Origin: Podarcis pityusensis
Taxonomy: Eukaryota
Assembly: GCA_964106645.2 (NCBI GenBank)
Contig: OZ067038.1
Length of the DNA stretch: 64,000 nucleotides
Reading direction: 5' to 3' (one strand)
A program made the position numbers and the translations under genes. The notes beneath the pieces are model-generated. The model ran no database searches and was not told the origin of the DNA. It saw nothing but the letters and a program-made list of their open reading frames with translations. Positions 26,601-37,310 of the stretch are shown one piece after another (position 1 is the first letter of the stretch; every line of letters begins with the position of its first letter).

Positions 26601-29600
26601 TTTAAGTGATGTCCTTAAAGCCACCTGGTCCCTTCACTAAAATACGGCAGACCTGTCATAAATGAAAGCACAGACTCTTCCCACCCTTCCCTGGCCACGA
26701 GCTCTTCCTGAGTCCAACAAACTCGTTTTTCTGAATGCGCCCTCCCAGTGCTGCCAAACTGGAGGGAAAAGCTGGATGCTTTCCCAAGTGCTATCTTACC
26801 TGCCTTCCAGAATCAGGTAAACTTTCTTGCTCTCTTGTCATGCAGCCCTGCTCCTCCTAGTGTTGAAACTGGGCAAATACCCTTCCACTAACCTAAACTC
26901 TCCCCTTTTGGACTGTCTGTGTATCATAGGGGACTCATAGAATTGTAGAGTTGGAAGGGACCACGTGGATCATCTAGTCCAACTCCCTGCAATGCAGGAA
27001 ACTTTTGCCCAACATGGGGCTCAAACCCTTTTAGAGAAAGTCCTTCAGCCAATCAACCTTCTATCGTGGATGCTTAAAGGAAATCTAGCTTGAATAGCAA
27101 CGTGTACGACTTAAGTGCAGTAGAGTGGACAATATGAATTGTATTTAATTAACTTTTACTCAGAGTAGATCCATTGGAATGAATGGACCTAAGTTAGTAA
27201 TGTTCATTCATTTTGACTGGTCTGCTCTAAACAAAAGCTAGTTGAGCACAACCCTATATAGTTGAGACTGGTTTTAATTTTTCTCTTCTCCCCCTCACCC
27301 CCATACCCACCCAGGCACAGTGACTTATCCTCCTAACTAATAATTCATTTGGGAGGGTGGGGTAGTTTGCTGCTTGTGGATTTGTGAGCATGGACAATGA
27401 CAAGATGGGGAAAGAATTAATTTCTAACGTTCAGGGTACAGCTAAGCATGATTGCTGTCTTGGCACAAGATTTCCATCCAGAGTTATCGCAGTTAGCAAA
27501 GTTCAGGCAGACTAGAGTCCTGTCCCTGGACCTTGACCTCTTTTACCCTTAGTTCCACTCTTCCCCTTCCCTCCAAGATGAGTATAACACATATTATTTT
27601 CTCTGCAGATTGACCATGATCCACGGATGCCAGCATACATTGCTACACAGGGGCCACCGTCCCACACGATCGCTGACTTCTGGCAGGTGAGGCAAGCATG
27701 GCTCATGGTAGCCTATTCAGGGAAGATCTTGCTCAAGGGTGGTGTGGGGGCAAAGAGCACTGTGTGAGAAAGCTGACTGACCCTTGTTTGGCAGAGATTC
27801 ACACTGTCTGCATTAATATGCTATACAGAGCCCTTAGATGATGTGGTGGCAATGAATAGCAAAGGGCAGGCAAAGATTGGGAACCTGTGGCCTTTCAGAT
27901 GTTGCTGGGACTCCATCAGCCCCAACCACCATGGCTAATGGTCAGGGATGATGGGAGTTGTAGTCCAACAACAGGAGCAGCTCCGTCCTTGCCCTACAGG
28001 CTATTCATGGTTGCCACCTCCTCTAGGGGCTCATGGATTCCCCATCCCTGCTGTAGAGAAACCTCCAATCCTGGCCATGGATGAAGCTCTGCATGCTCCA
28101 CACTGAGGCACTGCCGTGAATAAATTTTGTGAATTGGCAAAGGTCCCGAATATTGGCTTGTTTTTGCACGATTAGTTTTGCCCTTTGTGTGATTTTGTGT
28201 TACTTTTGCTAGCCAGAAGAAGGAGGTACACATAGCATTGGAGCTCAATCTGTAAAAGTCCTCCTTGGCTCCCCTCTAAATTCTTAATTTGGCTAGACCA
28301 TGGCCTGTACGTTTCCAAGCTTACCTCTGCAGTCATGAGGGAATGAAACTTGTCCTTTTGCTTTGTTTATAAACTGAAGCTAAGATTTACTAAATTCTGT
28401 GCCTGACACAGTGCCAAGTTTCATGGGGTGGCTATGGATGTCTGGCCCTACACCTGAGGTAGCTTTCAGGCCACTCTGGAAATGAAGTAGAGGTGGGGCC
28501 CATCCTGGACAGGAGGGAGAGGAACAGCCTCTTCATTCCTGTGTGCTAGATGGTTTTGGTCTCTGACTTGCCCTGTAAGAACATAAGCACTGCTGGGTCA
28601 GGCCAAAGGCCCTCCTCGTCTAGCATCCTCTTCTCACAATGGCCTACCAGATGCCTCTGGGAAGCCTGTGAGCAGGACCTGAGCACAACAGCTCTCAGCT
28701 TGCGTATGGCATTCAGAGGCACGCTGCCTCCAACAGTGTTTGGAACAAAGCCCTTGTAACTAGCAGCCATTGGTAGCATTATCCTCTGTGACTCCGTCCT
28801 ATGGGAACATACAACCTGGGCCCATTCCCTTGACCCACACCTGCCCCTTAGTACCTGCTGTGGACTCTGCCTTCTTCTGGTCTAGAGAAGAAGGGTGTTT
28901 GCATTTTGAGGGCTGGGAATTCAGTGTCTGTTGCTTGTGCATAGATGGTGTGGGAGAACGGCTGCACCGTCATTGTCATGCTGAGCCCTCTAGTGGAGGA
29001 CGGTGTCAAGCAGTGTGACCGCTACTGGCCTGATGAGGGCTCCTCCCTGTACCACATCTATGAGGTGAGCCTGGCGAACGGTGGCCCAAGGGCCTGCGGA
29101 CACAGTTATTTTGTGATCACCATCCCTGAACTTGTCCCAGTCTCCTATTTATGTGATGCAAGGAAAAGGAATCCTAAGTTGCCACTCTTTTTATGGGCAT
29201 CTAGGGAGCATACTGAGTTGGCACAGTGGTCCATCTAGCTCAGTACTGACTACACTGACTGGCAGTGGCTGTCTCTTAGTCCTACCTGGAGATGCTGGGG
29301 ACTGAACTGGGGACCTTCTGCATTCAAGGTGGATGCTCGCCACTGAGCTGCACCCCTTCCCTAGCTTCCTCTTGTCTCACAAAGTGGCAGTGACATCCTT
29401 TTCATGCAGCTCCCTGCTGTGTGACTGAGCTGAGCACAGCCATACTGAGAAGCACAGAGATGCTGACTCTGTGGGAAAGGCTTGTGACATCTGCCCCACC
29501 CACATGGGCACACCATTTATGTGCACCTCTCCCCTCCTCCAGTTGGGAGCATGTCAGAGAGAACTACCTGCTATGGAGCCAGTTCCTCCTCCTCCTCCTG

Positions 29601-32600
29601 CCACAATCTCTTCCCTGATCCTGGGTAGCTAGCTGTCTACCGCCCACCAAAATCCTTGGTTCTTAAGCCCTCTTGGGCAACGCAAAAGCCATCTTCTATG
29701 TACGGAGAGCATAAGAAAACAAACTCCTTGAATCACGGAGTGCTAAACTGCTTTGTGGCCTCGCAAGGTAACACTGTTGGCCATCCCTGACCCAAACTCT
29801 TACTGCTTTGCACAATTCTGTAACCCTGCAAAGGGCCAGGAAGTGATGTGATTAGCCCAAGGTAACTTCCGCGAGGGCTGCCTGGTTGATACACTCGCTG
29901 GGTCCGCAGCCCTGAGAGGAACTGCCTGTGAAAACCAAATGGTGCAGACAAACCCCAAGTCAGCTGGCTGTATGGACACGGTGCTCACGAGGGAAGAGCA
30001 AGACAAGGCCTACGTGGGCCTGACAACTGCAGGGGTGAACAGAGTCCCACTTCCCCTGGTCCAGGGAGAGCCAATGTGGTAATCTCTAGATGTTGTTGGA
30101 CTCCGGCTCCCATGGTCCCTGACTGCTGGCCACGCTGGCTGGGACTGATGGGAGTTGGAGTCCTGCAACTTCTGGAGAGGAACCACGCAAGCTACTCCCG
30201 CTCTAGCCACTTGGGGGAATGGTAGGAAAGGAATTACAATTGACTGAGCAGAATAAAGCATTGGGGCTGGGCTGGGCTGGGCTGGGGGAATAGCAGCAGG
30301 GGAAATTGGGGGCTGGTTGACTTATGTATAGTTGGCTAGGGAAGGATAAGGCCTCTCAGTTAATATGCTATTTTTCTCCCTCTCTCCTCCTGTCCCCACC
30401 TTACAGGTGAACCTGGTCTCTGAACACATCTGGTGTGAGGATTTCCTGGTGCGCAGCTTCTACCTTAAGAACGTCCAGTCTCAGGAGACGCGAACTCTGA
30501 CACAGTTTCACTTCCTGAGCTGGCCTGCAGAGGGCATCCCCACCACCACACGGCCTCTCCTCGACTTCCGCAGGTGTGGGATTTCGTGCCTCCCCCCTCA
30601 GTGGTCAACTAGGATGAGATGTTGGGCGGGGCCTCTGGCACATGGTGTCTGTGACAGCACTGGGCAAAGAGGGTTAGGAGTCAGAGCTTACATAGCTGAG
30701 TTCCTGGAAAAGGGCTAGGTCATGTTTCAAATCTTTCCTAGCTATTCTGGTCCAGAGGAAGGTCTTCAGGACCAGTGTTAGGAAGCCTTCAGGGAAAAGG
30801 GAGGAAGACTTGAGTACCATAGAAAGAAGGCACAAGTTAACCTACTACATTACTTGTGCCCCTTGGAGCCATTTGAAGGCACCCAAGACAAAAGCTCTGC
30901 CTTTTTCCTCCATGAGCTTGACATCCCCTCAGAATGGGTGTCACAGGCAGGTCACAGTTAAGATCGGTGGAAACGGAGTCATAATGTGTGCTGATGACCC
31001 TTACAGTACTATCTCCTTCCCTACCATTTGCAATACACATGAGAAGGCTGATTTTTGTGTGTTGAGGCACTCCATTTTCCTTGCATCCCAAAGACTCTAA
31101 GGGAGCCATCAAAGTCCTCTTCAGCAGCCTTCCCCCCCCCCTCCATTCCCAGAACCAATTACCTGCATCGCTCCAGACTTGGGAACTGGAGGTGTCACTC
31201 AAAAGTAAATTGCATTGATGCCGACTGTGTCGTTTTCTCTTAACTGTCAGCATTTAGCCCAATGGTGTTAACTTTGTGCAGGAAGGAATGTTCTGGCGCA
31301 TGAGTCATGCTGGGAGTCCCTGTAATGTTTGGAAAATAGTGTGCCTCTGGGCTTTAGCTGTGTGGAGCATCCGCTCTAACTATAGAGGCTGCAGTGCTAA
31401 GGGGTACCTGGAAGTAACATAATTACGCACTGTGCTGCATTATTTGTGTGGGTCAGAGTGTGGCGTGTGGGCTGGTAGTGACGCTTAACGTAGATGATGA
31501 ACCCTTTGCCTTTCAGCTTTAGTATCAGCCTTAGAGAAAGGTAGCCTCAGAAGGTACTGATGTGGGGGAAGCATAATTTGGCATTTAGTATAGGATGCTC
31601 GATACTTTGGGTGTGCGCGCACATGCGCCCACACTTGCAGTGCAAATGACGAAGGCTCTGCAAGGTCACGAATGAATCAGGATTTACATGTAGTAGCGAT
31701 ATTGCCTCTCTGCACCGTCACCGCAGTCCTGTGAATGCTTTAACTGGAATGCGTTTTGGGAGATGCGGGCTTCAAAACAGGCAAGGATGGTGGTGGGGGG
31801 GGACTCCGAATGCCTCTAATTAAGTGAGAAAAGTTTCGTGACCGGAAAACACACTTCAGATATAGACAGGGGAGTTGTGTGCAGCTGGACCCTTTGAATT
31901 CCACACACCTCACTCAAAAGGGTGCCACTGAGGTGCAGTATGAAACACAGTTCACACCAGATACAATTTATTCTTCAGGACTGGCCGTTTCCCCTGATTA
32001 TTGTGCAGTATGAACACAGAATCACAAGAAATGTTATGGAGATACGCATTTTTGAAAGGCAATGAATGGTCGCTTTAGTTACAGCAGGCTTCAAAAAATG
32101 GGGCTTTTGGACTTTGCTGGGCATCTTCCTCCCCGCCTCCTACCAAGATCTGGAAATGGCCCCCTGTGCTGCCTCCCTCCCCAGTCCAGTTTCCATATGG
32201 GGAAAACCAAGTGGGATGTCTTACGCCAGCTGTGAGGACCCTTTGGCCCTCCAGATGTTGCTGAAATGCAGCTCCCATCAGTCCCAGCAAGCATGGCCAG
32301 TGGCCAGGGTTGATGTGAACGGTTGTTCAGCATTAACTGGAGGGCCAAAGGGGTCCCCACACTTATCTTAGTCTAATGAAGGTAACTATGCAAATATGTG
32401 TCATTATTCTGCATGTTTTCTGACAGCAGCCAAGGATCAATGTTTGTGAGGGTCCCAAATTCAGCTATGATCTATGTTGTGTGGGTTCTCCCCACCACCC
32501 AGCCTCACAGCGAGATGAGATCCAATGGATAAAAACACTGCATGGGGCAACAAAATGGAGAAAACACTGTAAAGGAGCAGAGGGAGACTGCAAAATTGGT

Positions 32601-35600
32601 CCTTTTCCCCCTTATAGAGAGTTTGTGTCTGGAGCGATTGGCCCATCTTACGCAACCTGCTTCCAAATTATTTCTAACCCGTTTGATCCCCTCTGTCTTG
32701 TCCCTCCCGCGTGCTCCAATAAGCCTCTCTCTCTTTCTCTCTCTCTCTCTGCATTCACCCATCCTCCTTGTGCAAGGGGACTCCTGCTGCCTTGACATCT
32801 GTGCTGGCGGTGGGTGTGGACGTGGGGCTGCTTAGCTTCCCCGGCAGCCATTGCAAAAAGAGGCATCTCTGGGCGTGGGATAATCACCGCTGTGCATTTC
32901 CAGATCCATTAGGAAAACTCTCTGTGTGGCTTCAGGCTTGGAAGATGACAGAGAGGAAAGGATCCCGGTGTCACGGCTTGGGGTTCAACGGTTCCTGTGG
33001 CCTTCTCAGCTTCCCCCACCAATGGGCTGTATTTGGGGGCCCAGGGCACATGGGCAACCTAAGCAAGCTGAAATACGAGAGGATCCCAGCTTGCTCTCAG
33101 CTCTGCCTTTCTCTCCCATCTGTGTCCTGTCGGTGCTGCTGTATGAGGCTCTTTGCCTCTCTAGTTCCCTATGGAGCTCGCTTAACTCTTTCCTCTGCCT
33201 GCATCACACCATTGTGCTCTCTCTCTCCTTCACCACCACCACCACCTCTCCTCCTCCTCTTCTTCCTTCCTTCCTTTTTCCTCTCTCTTTTTTCTCTCAC
33301 AGCCGCCAGTGTCATTTTTGTGATTTGCAGCTAGTAATCCTGGCCCAGTTGCATAGTCACAAAAGTGATCATTGGCCGCCGTGCTGGCTGCATGGAACGA
33401 GACAGGGCCTCAGCTGCTGTCGTGCTCCACCTTCTGCCCTCCCTCCCTCCCTACTCTGCCCTCGTCCACCAGAGCAAAAGAGGCCCAAAACTAGATCCAG
33501 TCTCTTACGTGCAGATTTCCATTGGAGAACAAGGAAGCTGTGTGTGGCGGTTGTGAGTGGATGGAGGGTCTGTGCCATAAGGCAAGAGAGGGGATTTGTT
33601 CCACGAGGGTGAAGAGCCCATGACTCTGCCACCATGAGCACATGGAAATGGCACTTTGATACGGAGCAGGTCCCTTGCTCATAGCCTGCCAGTTAAACCT
33701 GCAGCTTGCAGGCAGTGGATGCAATGCCTCTGGCTCTCATCATTCCTGGCCATTGGCTTTGCTGGGTGGGGGCTGATGAGAGTTGGAGTCCCAACAACAT
33801 CTGGAGGGTCACAGGTGCCCTTTTCCTGCTATAAGATCGTATTTTTCACAGCTGAATGCTGCAGGCGGAAATTTTGCAAATCAGCCTGCAGACATCTTCA
33901 ATAATATGCTTTCTTCCCCACCTCTGAGATATTTTGGCATACTGCACTTGCGTTTTGGAACCTTATATATATCATAGTGCTCCAAGATGTCAGGCTGCCT
34001 GACTGATGCTCTGCAGAGTAATGTGTCCTTTTTGATCCAGCCCCACCCCCTTCAACATGTGCAGCAATCAAATAACCAGAATATCATCTTACCTATATAT
34101 TAGATTCATTTGACATAATTCCTTCTCATTGTTCACACGATTTGACTAGCTGATCTGTGACACCCCATGGTGTGGATAGAAGAAATTCCTCTCTCAAAAA
34201 TAAAGAAATTTCCCCCTTGCCAGCAAAAACTCTGTAACTAGCAAGAAACCAAGGCTCTTCACCTCCAGAAGAGCAATCAAGGTGAAGTGATGAGAGCAGC
34301 ATCACTCACTTTGTGGAATCAGATGTGTAGCTGTGAAAAGGACCCCAAATAACAAAACAAAGGATTCTCATGTTGCTACATTGGAACACTGGTCATGTGA
34401 AGGATACGCATTTCATATTGGATGTGTAAATGTGAAATAAATGTATTTGTTACGGAAAATATATAGACTGGTGCAAGCAATCTCAATCACTTGTTCACTG
34501 CATTTTACCATGTGCATCATAGTAATCGGATTGCTTTAATGCACTCATGAAGGTAATACTTGGGTTATTTAATGGTATGTTGCAGGGGGCGGATTAAACA
34601 GAATGACATTTTGCTCTCCAGTGGATCAATTAGTATGTGATTTTTAAAATAGCATTTTTGGTGGGTGAAGAGGATTGAGAATCCAATGTGATGAACCAAA
34701 TTTGAAAAATCCATTTGGGGGATTACTGGGAGACACTTGGAACGGGCTTTGAAAAGGGGCACTTGTCCTGCAAAGTAGCATTTTAGGCTCCATGCCTCTT
34801 GGAGGCTTCTGCACTTTCACCTTTTTTTGACGTTTTGGAAAATGTCCCATGGGCCACGTGGGAGAATCTCTGCCAGTTGACTTTGCAAAGTTCCATCTGT
34901 ACACAGTGTCCTCCTGCCTGTATACTGCTGATAGTTGGGAGTAAAGTGTTTTGGCCCCACTTGGTGCTGAGCTTGCTGAGAACCATCCTTGCACCCATTC
35001 CTAGTTCTGCTTGGCTTGGTAAGTGAGGTGGGGAGGGTATTGCCTTAATCTGCCCTGCGACTTCTAAGTGATCAGTTGAAACCCAAAGCAGGGCTGCTCT
35101 CTGATCCCAACCTTTCCTTGTTCCGGCAGGAAGGTGAACAAGTGCTACCGTGGCCGCTCATGCCCAATCGTCATCCACTGCAGGTAATGCCCTGGGAAGG
35201 CTGAATCTAATTGGTTGTGGTGTTGCCGTGGAAACACCACCCCGCTGAGGTACAGAGAACAGTTCTTTTCAGAAGCACACAGGAAAGTGTGATGGATTTT
35301 GCCGGGCTGGGTGGGGGATTTGCCCATCAGAAGCATCCCATGTCATAGAACTAAATTGTACTGTCAGGTCAAAGGGTCCCCTTCTGAGGGAAACAGCAGA
35401 GCTGGATCTTCTCTTTTGTTGTGTTGTTCTCAGCAGCAGTGCCAAACCTCTTATCTTTTCGCAGTGATGGCGCGGGAAGGACCGGGACGTATATCCTTAT
35501 CGACATGGTTCTGAACCGAATGGCCAAAGGTGAGAAGGGATGGGAGGGAAGGCAGGTCTATTCCATGCACACACCCTGGTCTTGGCCAAGCCTCCAGGTG

Positions 35601-37310
35601 CACAAACTACTGCACAAAGACAGGCCCCTGCTGTTTGAAGGCCTCCAGCCCACCATCTCCTCCTGTCTCTTCTGCATTTATCCCTGATTATCTTCAGATT
35701 CCACAGCCACCATTTTGTTCATGAGTGTATGGAGTTTTCCTCTTCACTGCTTCTTACCCCTTCACTCGATTCTGAGTTTACCTCTCCTCCTGCCTGCTAG
35801 GTGTGAAGGAGATCGACATTGCAGCCACCCTGGAGCACGTGCGAGATCAGCGACCTGGCATGGTGCAGACAAAGGTATGTTGGGATGCTTGCTTTCAGGT
35901 AGCCAATGGAATGCTCTGCAGCCCCAGCCAGCATCATCAATGGTCAGGGATGACGGGAGTTGTAGGCCAACATCTGGCAGGCATCACCTGAGCTATCCCT
36001 GCCCTGTGCCCACTACTTGTGGGCAAAACCTGAAACACCTGCTGTGGGTGGACGCTGGTGGCACAACTTGGTTCCTGGAGGGCATGGAATAAGAATGCAT
36101 TGGGACCTTCTGGCAGTGACAGGGTGGAAGGGAAGTGTAGGCCCCACCTGCACTATGCATTTAAAGTGGTATCACATCACTTCAAGCAGCCACAAATCCC
36201 CAAAGAATCCTAGGAAGCTGTAGTTTGTTAAGGGTGCTGAGAATTGTTGGGAGACCACTATTCCCCTCACAGAGCTATAATTCTCAGAGTCCCCTTTGAA
36301 GAGGAATTGAATATTCAACCACTTTGAGAATTATAGCTCTTTGAGGGGAATAGGGGGTCTTTCTTCTTTACAGCTCTCAGCACTCTTAACAAGCTACAGA
36401 TCCTAGGATTCTGTGGGGGAAGCTGTGGTGGTTTAAAGTGGTCTGATGTGGCTTTGTATGTGTAGTGCAGATGAGGCCTAAGTCAAGCAGCCATTGTACT
36501 CTCTGTCCCTGCCTATTGGGGGGGGGGGGGTGTCAGACATGGTGCTTGGTAGCATACTAAAGGTCGGGGGTTTTTTACCCAGGAGATAAGAGTGCCTAGG
36601 TTTGGAATGAGGAGGACTGAAGTAAAAAAAAGGAAAAAGGAAGAAACTATGGATTTTTGGGTTCTCAAACCCTATCCAGAGCAGGCCGACGCTGTGCTCC
36701 TTCCTAGCCAAGCTTACAAAAGTGGGCAGAGTGAGGATGCTCAAGTCTACCTTTGTACAGTAGGATAGCTTCTCTACACACACCCATACACACACACCCC
36801 TCTACCTCTTTATTCTCCATCTGGGCAAGCAAGAAGCATTATCAAAACAAGAACAGGCAAAAGCCCCTTCTGTGAAGCAGGGCCAGGTACATCCCCCCCC
36901 CCCATTTCCCAAGCTCTTTACACTTGCAGTGGTAGGAAAGTGAGGTCCCTCTGATGTTGCCAATCTGCAACTTCCCAAATCCCTGCCCATTGACCATGCT
37001 GGCTAGGACTGATGGGAGTGCAGCCGCAGCCGCAGTGCCACACATTCCCCACCCCCTTCTGTTGAGAAGATGTTGCTGGACTCCAACTCCCAGCATCCAG
37101 GACTGGCAGTGGCTGATGGGAGTTGGAGTCCACAGGTTCCCCATCTTTGCTGCCTTTATTTTCTAATTTTGAGGTGAAGGGGGTTAAGAACATGATGTGG
37201 GGGATGCCGACACCCAGACTGATTTTATGTATCCCCAGGACCAGTTTGAGTTTGCACTGACAGCCGTGGCGGAGGAGGTGAATGCCATCCTGAAGGCCCT
37301 GCCACAGTGA
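5621..37310 (+). CDS. PTPRN: Receptor-type tyrosine-protein phosphatase-like N (IA-2/ICA512), whole gene span, 23 coding exons, 2874 nt / 957 aa
   Basis: All 23 exons join in frame; signal peptide, Cys-rich RESP18-homology domain, KK convertase site, TM helix, pseudo-PTP domain ([16 protein letters not shown]), C-terminal LPQ; synteny with DNPEP and DNAJB2. Confidence 0.96.
6736..6743. promoter_or_regulatory. Full palindromic CRE in PTPRN intron 1
   Basis: TGACGTCA about 1 kb downstream of exon 1; half-site CACGTCA near 6620. Confidence 0.4.
7023..7080 (+). repeat. 58-bp direct duplication, copy 2
   Basis: 57/58 identical to 4476-4533. Confidence 0.9.
9597..9621. repeat. (TG)n microsatellite
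   Basis: Direct reading. Confidence 0.9.
10298..10441 (-). mobile_element. LINE (L2-like) 3' end with AAT microsatellite
   Basis: (AAT)n followed by TTTATACCCCGCCCATCTGGCTG...GCCACTCTGGGTGGCT, a lizard LINE tail motif. Confidence 0.65.
13950..13970 (+). promoter_or_regulatory. Candidate RE1/NRSE (REST site) in PTPRN intron 1
   Basis: TTCAGCACCATGGTTAGCTCC versus consensus TTCAGCACCACGGACAGCGCC; perfect left half, canonical 2-nt linker. Confidence 0.5.
14778..14828 (+). CDS. PTPRN: PTPRN exon 2
   Basis: (G)[16 protein letters not shown](D); AG/GT. Confidence 0.95.
15522..15635 (+). CDS. PTPRN: PTPRN exon 3
   Basis: (D)[37 protein letters not shown](G). Confidence 0.95.
15790..15965 (-). 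mobile_element. tRNA-derived squamate SINE (decayed)
   Basis: On - strand: A-box/B-box head (TAGCTCAGTG...GTTCAATGCCCAGCATTTCCAGGT); similar to the copy at 29205-29360. Confidence 0.7.
16562..16667 (+). CDS. PTPRN: PTPRN exon 4
   Basis: (G)[34 protein letters not shown](R). Confidence 0.95.
17539..17722 (+). CDS. PTPRN: PTPRN exon 5
   Basis: [10 protein letters not shown]...[30 protein letters not shown]; phases fit both neighbours. Confidence 0.85.
18316..18631 (+). CDS. PTPRN: PTPRN exon 6
   Basis: FSYPDG...ASKALFG...[14 protein letters not shown]...LAEP; resembles human ASKGIFG/QLFQDSGLLYLAQE. Confidence 0.88.
18687..18821. mobile_element. Older copy of a related hAT MITE (ACTACAACTCCCATC core)
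   Basis: CAGGGGTG...CACCCCTG ends; 7/8 TSD TTATAGCT/TTGTAGCT; further decayed copies near 8269-8392, 22.5k, 23.5k, 24.7k, 27.9k, 30.1k, 32.3k, 33.8k, 35.9k, 37.0k, 37.6k, 39.3k, 41.0k, 41.2k, 43.2k, 48.2k, 57.6k. Confidence 0.8.
18911..19027 (+). CDS. PTPRN: PTPRN exon 7
   Basis: [39 protein letters not shown]. Confidence 0.93.
19196..19363. mobile_element. Young non-autonomous hAT element (168 bp)
   Basis: TIR CAGTGGCGTAGC(G/A)TGGG, 16/17 match; perfect 8-bp TSD TATTACTG; CpGs undecayed. Confidence 0.92.
19674..19711 (+). CDS. PTPRN: PTPRN exon 8 (38-nt mini-exon)
   Basis: cag|CTGGT...AAGCGG|gtaag; [13 protein letters not shown]; supplies the required phase 1 to phase 0 switch. Confidence 0.75.
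20132..20457 (+). CDS. PTPRN: PTPRN exon 9 (dibasic KK|S processing site)
   Basis: VTEAEMQ...VMKKSH...[13 protein letters not shown]. Confidence 0.9.
20630..20995 (-). mobile_element. L2-like LINE 3' fragment with (AAT)n tail
   Basis: Degenerate ORF2 end [35 protein letters not shown]; (ATT)n run ending at 20670. Confidence 0.8.
21346..21432 (+). CDS. PTPRN: PTPRN exon 10 (GC donor)
   Basis: [28 protein letters not shown](S); donor AG|gcaagt. Confidence 0.92.
22010..22147. mobile_element. Non-autonomous hAT-like element
   Basis: CAGGGCTTTTTT...AAAAATAGCACTG ends; 7/8 TSD GATATTGC/GATATTGT. Confidence 0.7.
22262..22341 (+). CDS. PTPRN: PTPRN exon 11
   Basis: [26 protein letters not shown]. 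Confidence 0.95.
22886..22950 (+). CDS. PTPRN: PTPRN exon 12
   Basis: [22 protein letters not shown]. Confidence 0.93.
23922..24134 (+). CDS. PTPRN: PTPRN exon 13 (transmembrane helix)
   Basis: [10 protein letters not shown]...[53 protein letters not shown]. Confidence 0.95.
24356..24571 (+). CDS. PTPRN: PTPRN exon 14
   Basis: [15 protein letters not shown]...[27 protein letters not shown]. Confidence 0.96.
25638..25785 (+). CDS. PTPRN: PTPRN exon 15
   Basis: [49 protein letters not shown](Y). Confidence 0.96.
26400..26473 (+). CDS. PTPRN: PTPRN exon 16
   Basis: [24 protein letters not shown]. Confidence 0.96.
27609..27686 (+). CDS. PTPRN: PTPRN exon 17
   Basis: [26 protein letters not shown]. 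Confidence 0.96.
28576..28790 (-). mobile_element. CR1-related 3' fragment
   Basis: TAAGAACATAAG tail motif followed by CTGCTGGGTCAGGCCAAAGGCCC...CAGATGCCTCTGGGAAGCC. Confidence 0.6.
28945..29064 (+). CDS. PTPRN: PTPRN exon 18
   Basis: [40 protein letters not shown]. Confidence 0.96.
29205..29360 (-). mobile_element. tRNA-derived squamate SINE (decayed)
   Basis: Colinear with 15790-15965. Confidence 0.7.
30407..30573 (+). CDS. PTPRN: PTPRN exon 19
   Basis: [56 protein letters not shown]. Confidence 0.96.
33296..33385 (+). ncRNA. MIR153-1: miR-153 precursor (miR-153-1 orthologue by position), PTPRN intron 19
   Basis: Exact mature 3p TTGCATAGTCACAAAAGTGATC at 33349-33370; complementary 5p arm TCATTTTTGTGATTTGCAGCT at 33312-33332. 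Confidence 0.97.
35130..35183 (+). CDS. PTPRN: PTPRN exon 20
   Basis: [17 protein letters not shown](S). Confidence 0.96.
35465..35529 (+). CDS. PTPRN: PTPRN exon 21
   Basis: [21 protein letters not shown](G). Confidence 0.96.
35801..35874 (+). CDS. PTPRN: PTPRN exon 22
   Basis: [24 protein letters not shown]. Confidence 0.96.
36140..36478. mobile_element. Palindromic MITE (PIF/Harbinger- or Tc1-like), about 340 bp
   Basis: GGCCCCACCTGCACTA...TAGTGCAGATGAGGCC ends, internally self-complementary, flanked by TA. Confidence 0.75.
37239..37310 (+). CDS. PTPRN: PTPRN exon 23 (last coding)
   Basis: [23 protein letters not shown]. Confidence 0.96.
   Translation, partial: DQFEFALTAVAEEVNAILKALPQ

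Noticed and set aside
32768-33612. Long ORFs (188 and 228 aa) overlapping miR-153 as a miPEP or novel gene
   Set aside because: Non-ATG starts, low-complexity pyrimidine-tract translation, no recognisable domain
5621-37310. Calling the gene PTPRN2 (phogrin) because of PGMVQTK
   Set aside because: [23 protein letters not shown], the compact 32-kb span and the DNPEP/DNAJB2 neighbours all indicate PTPRN
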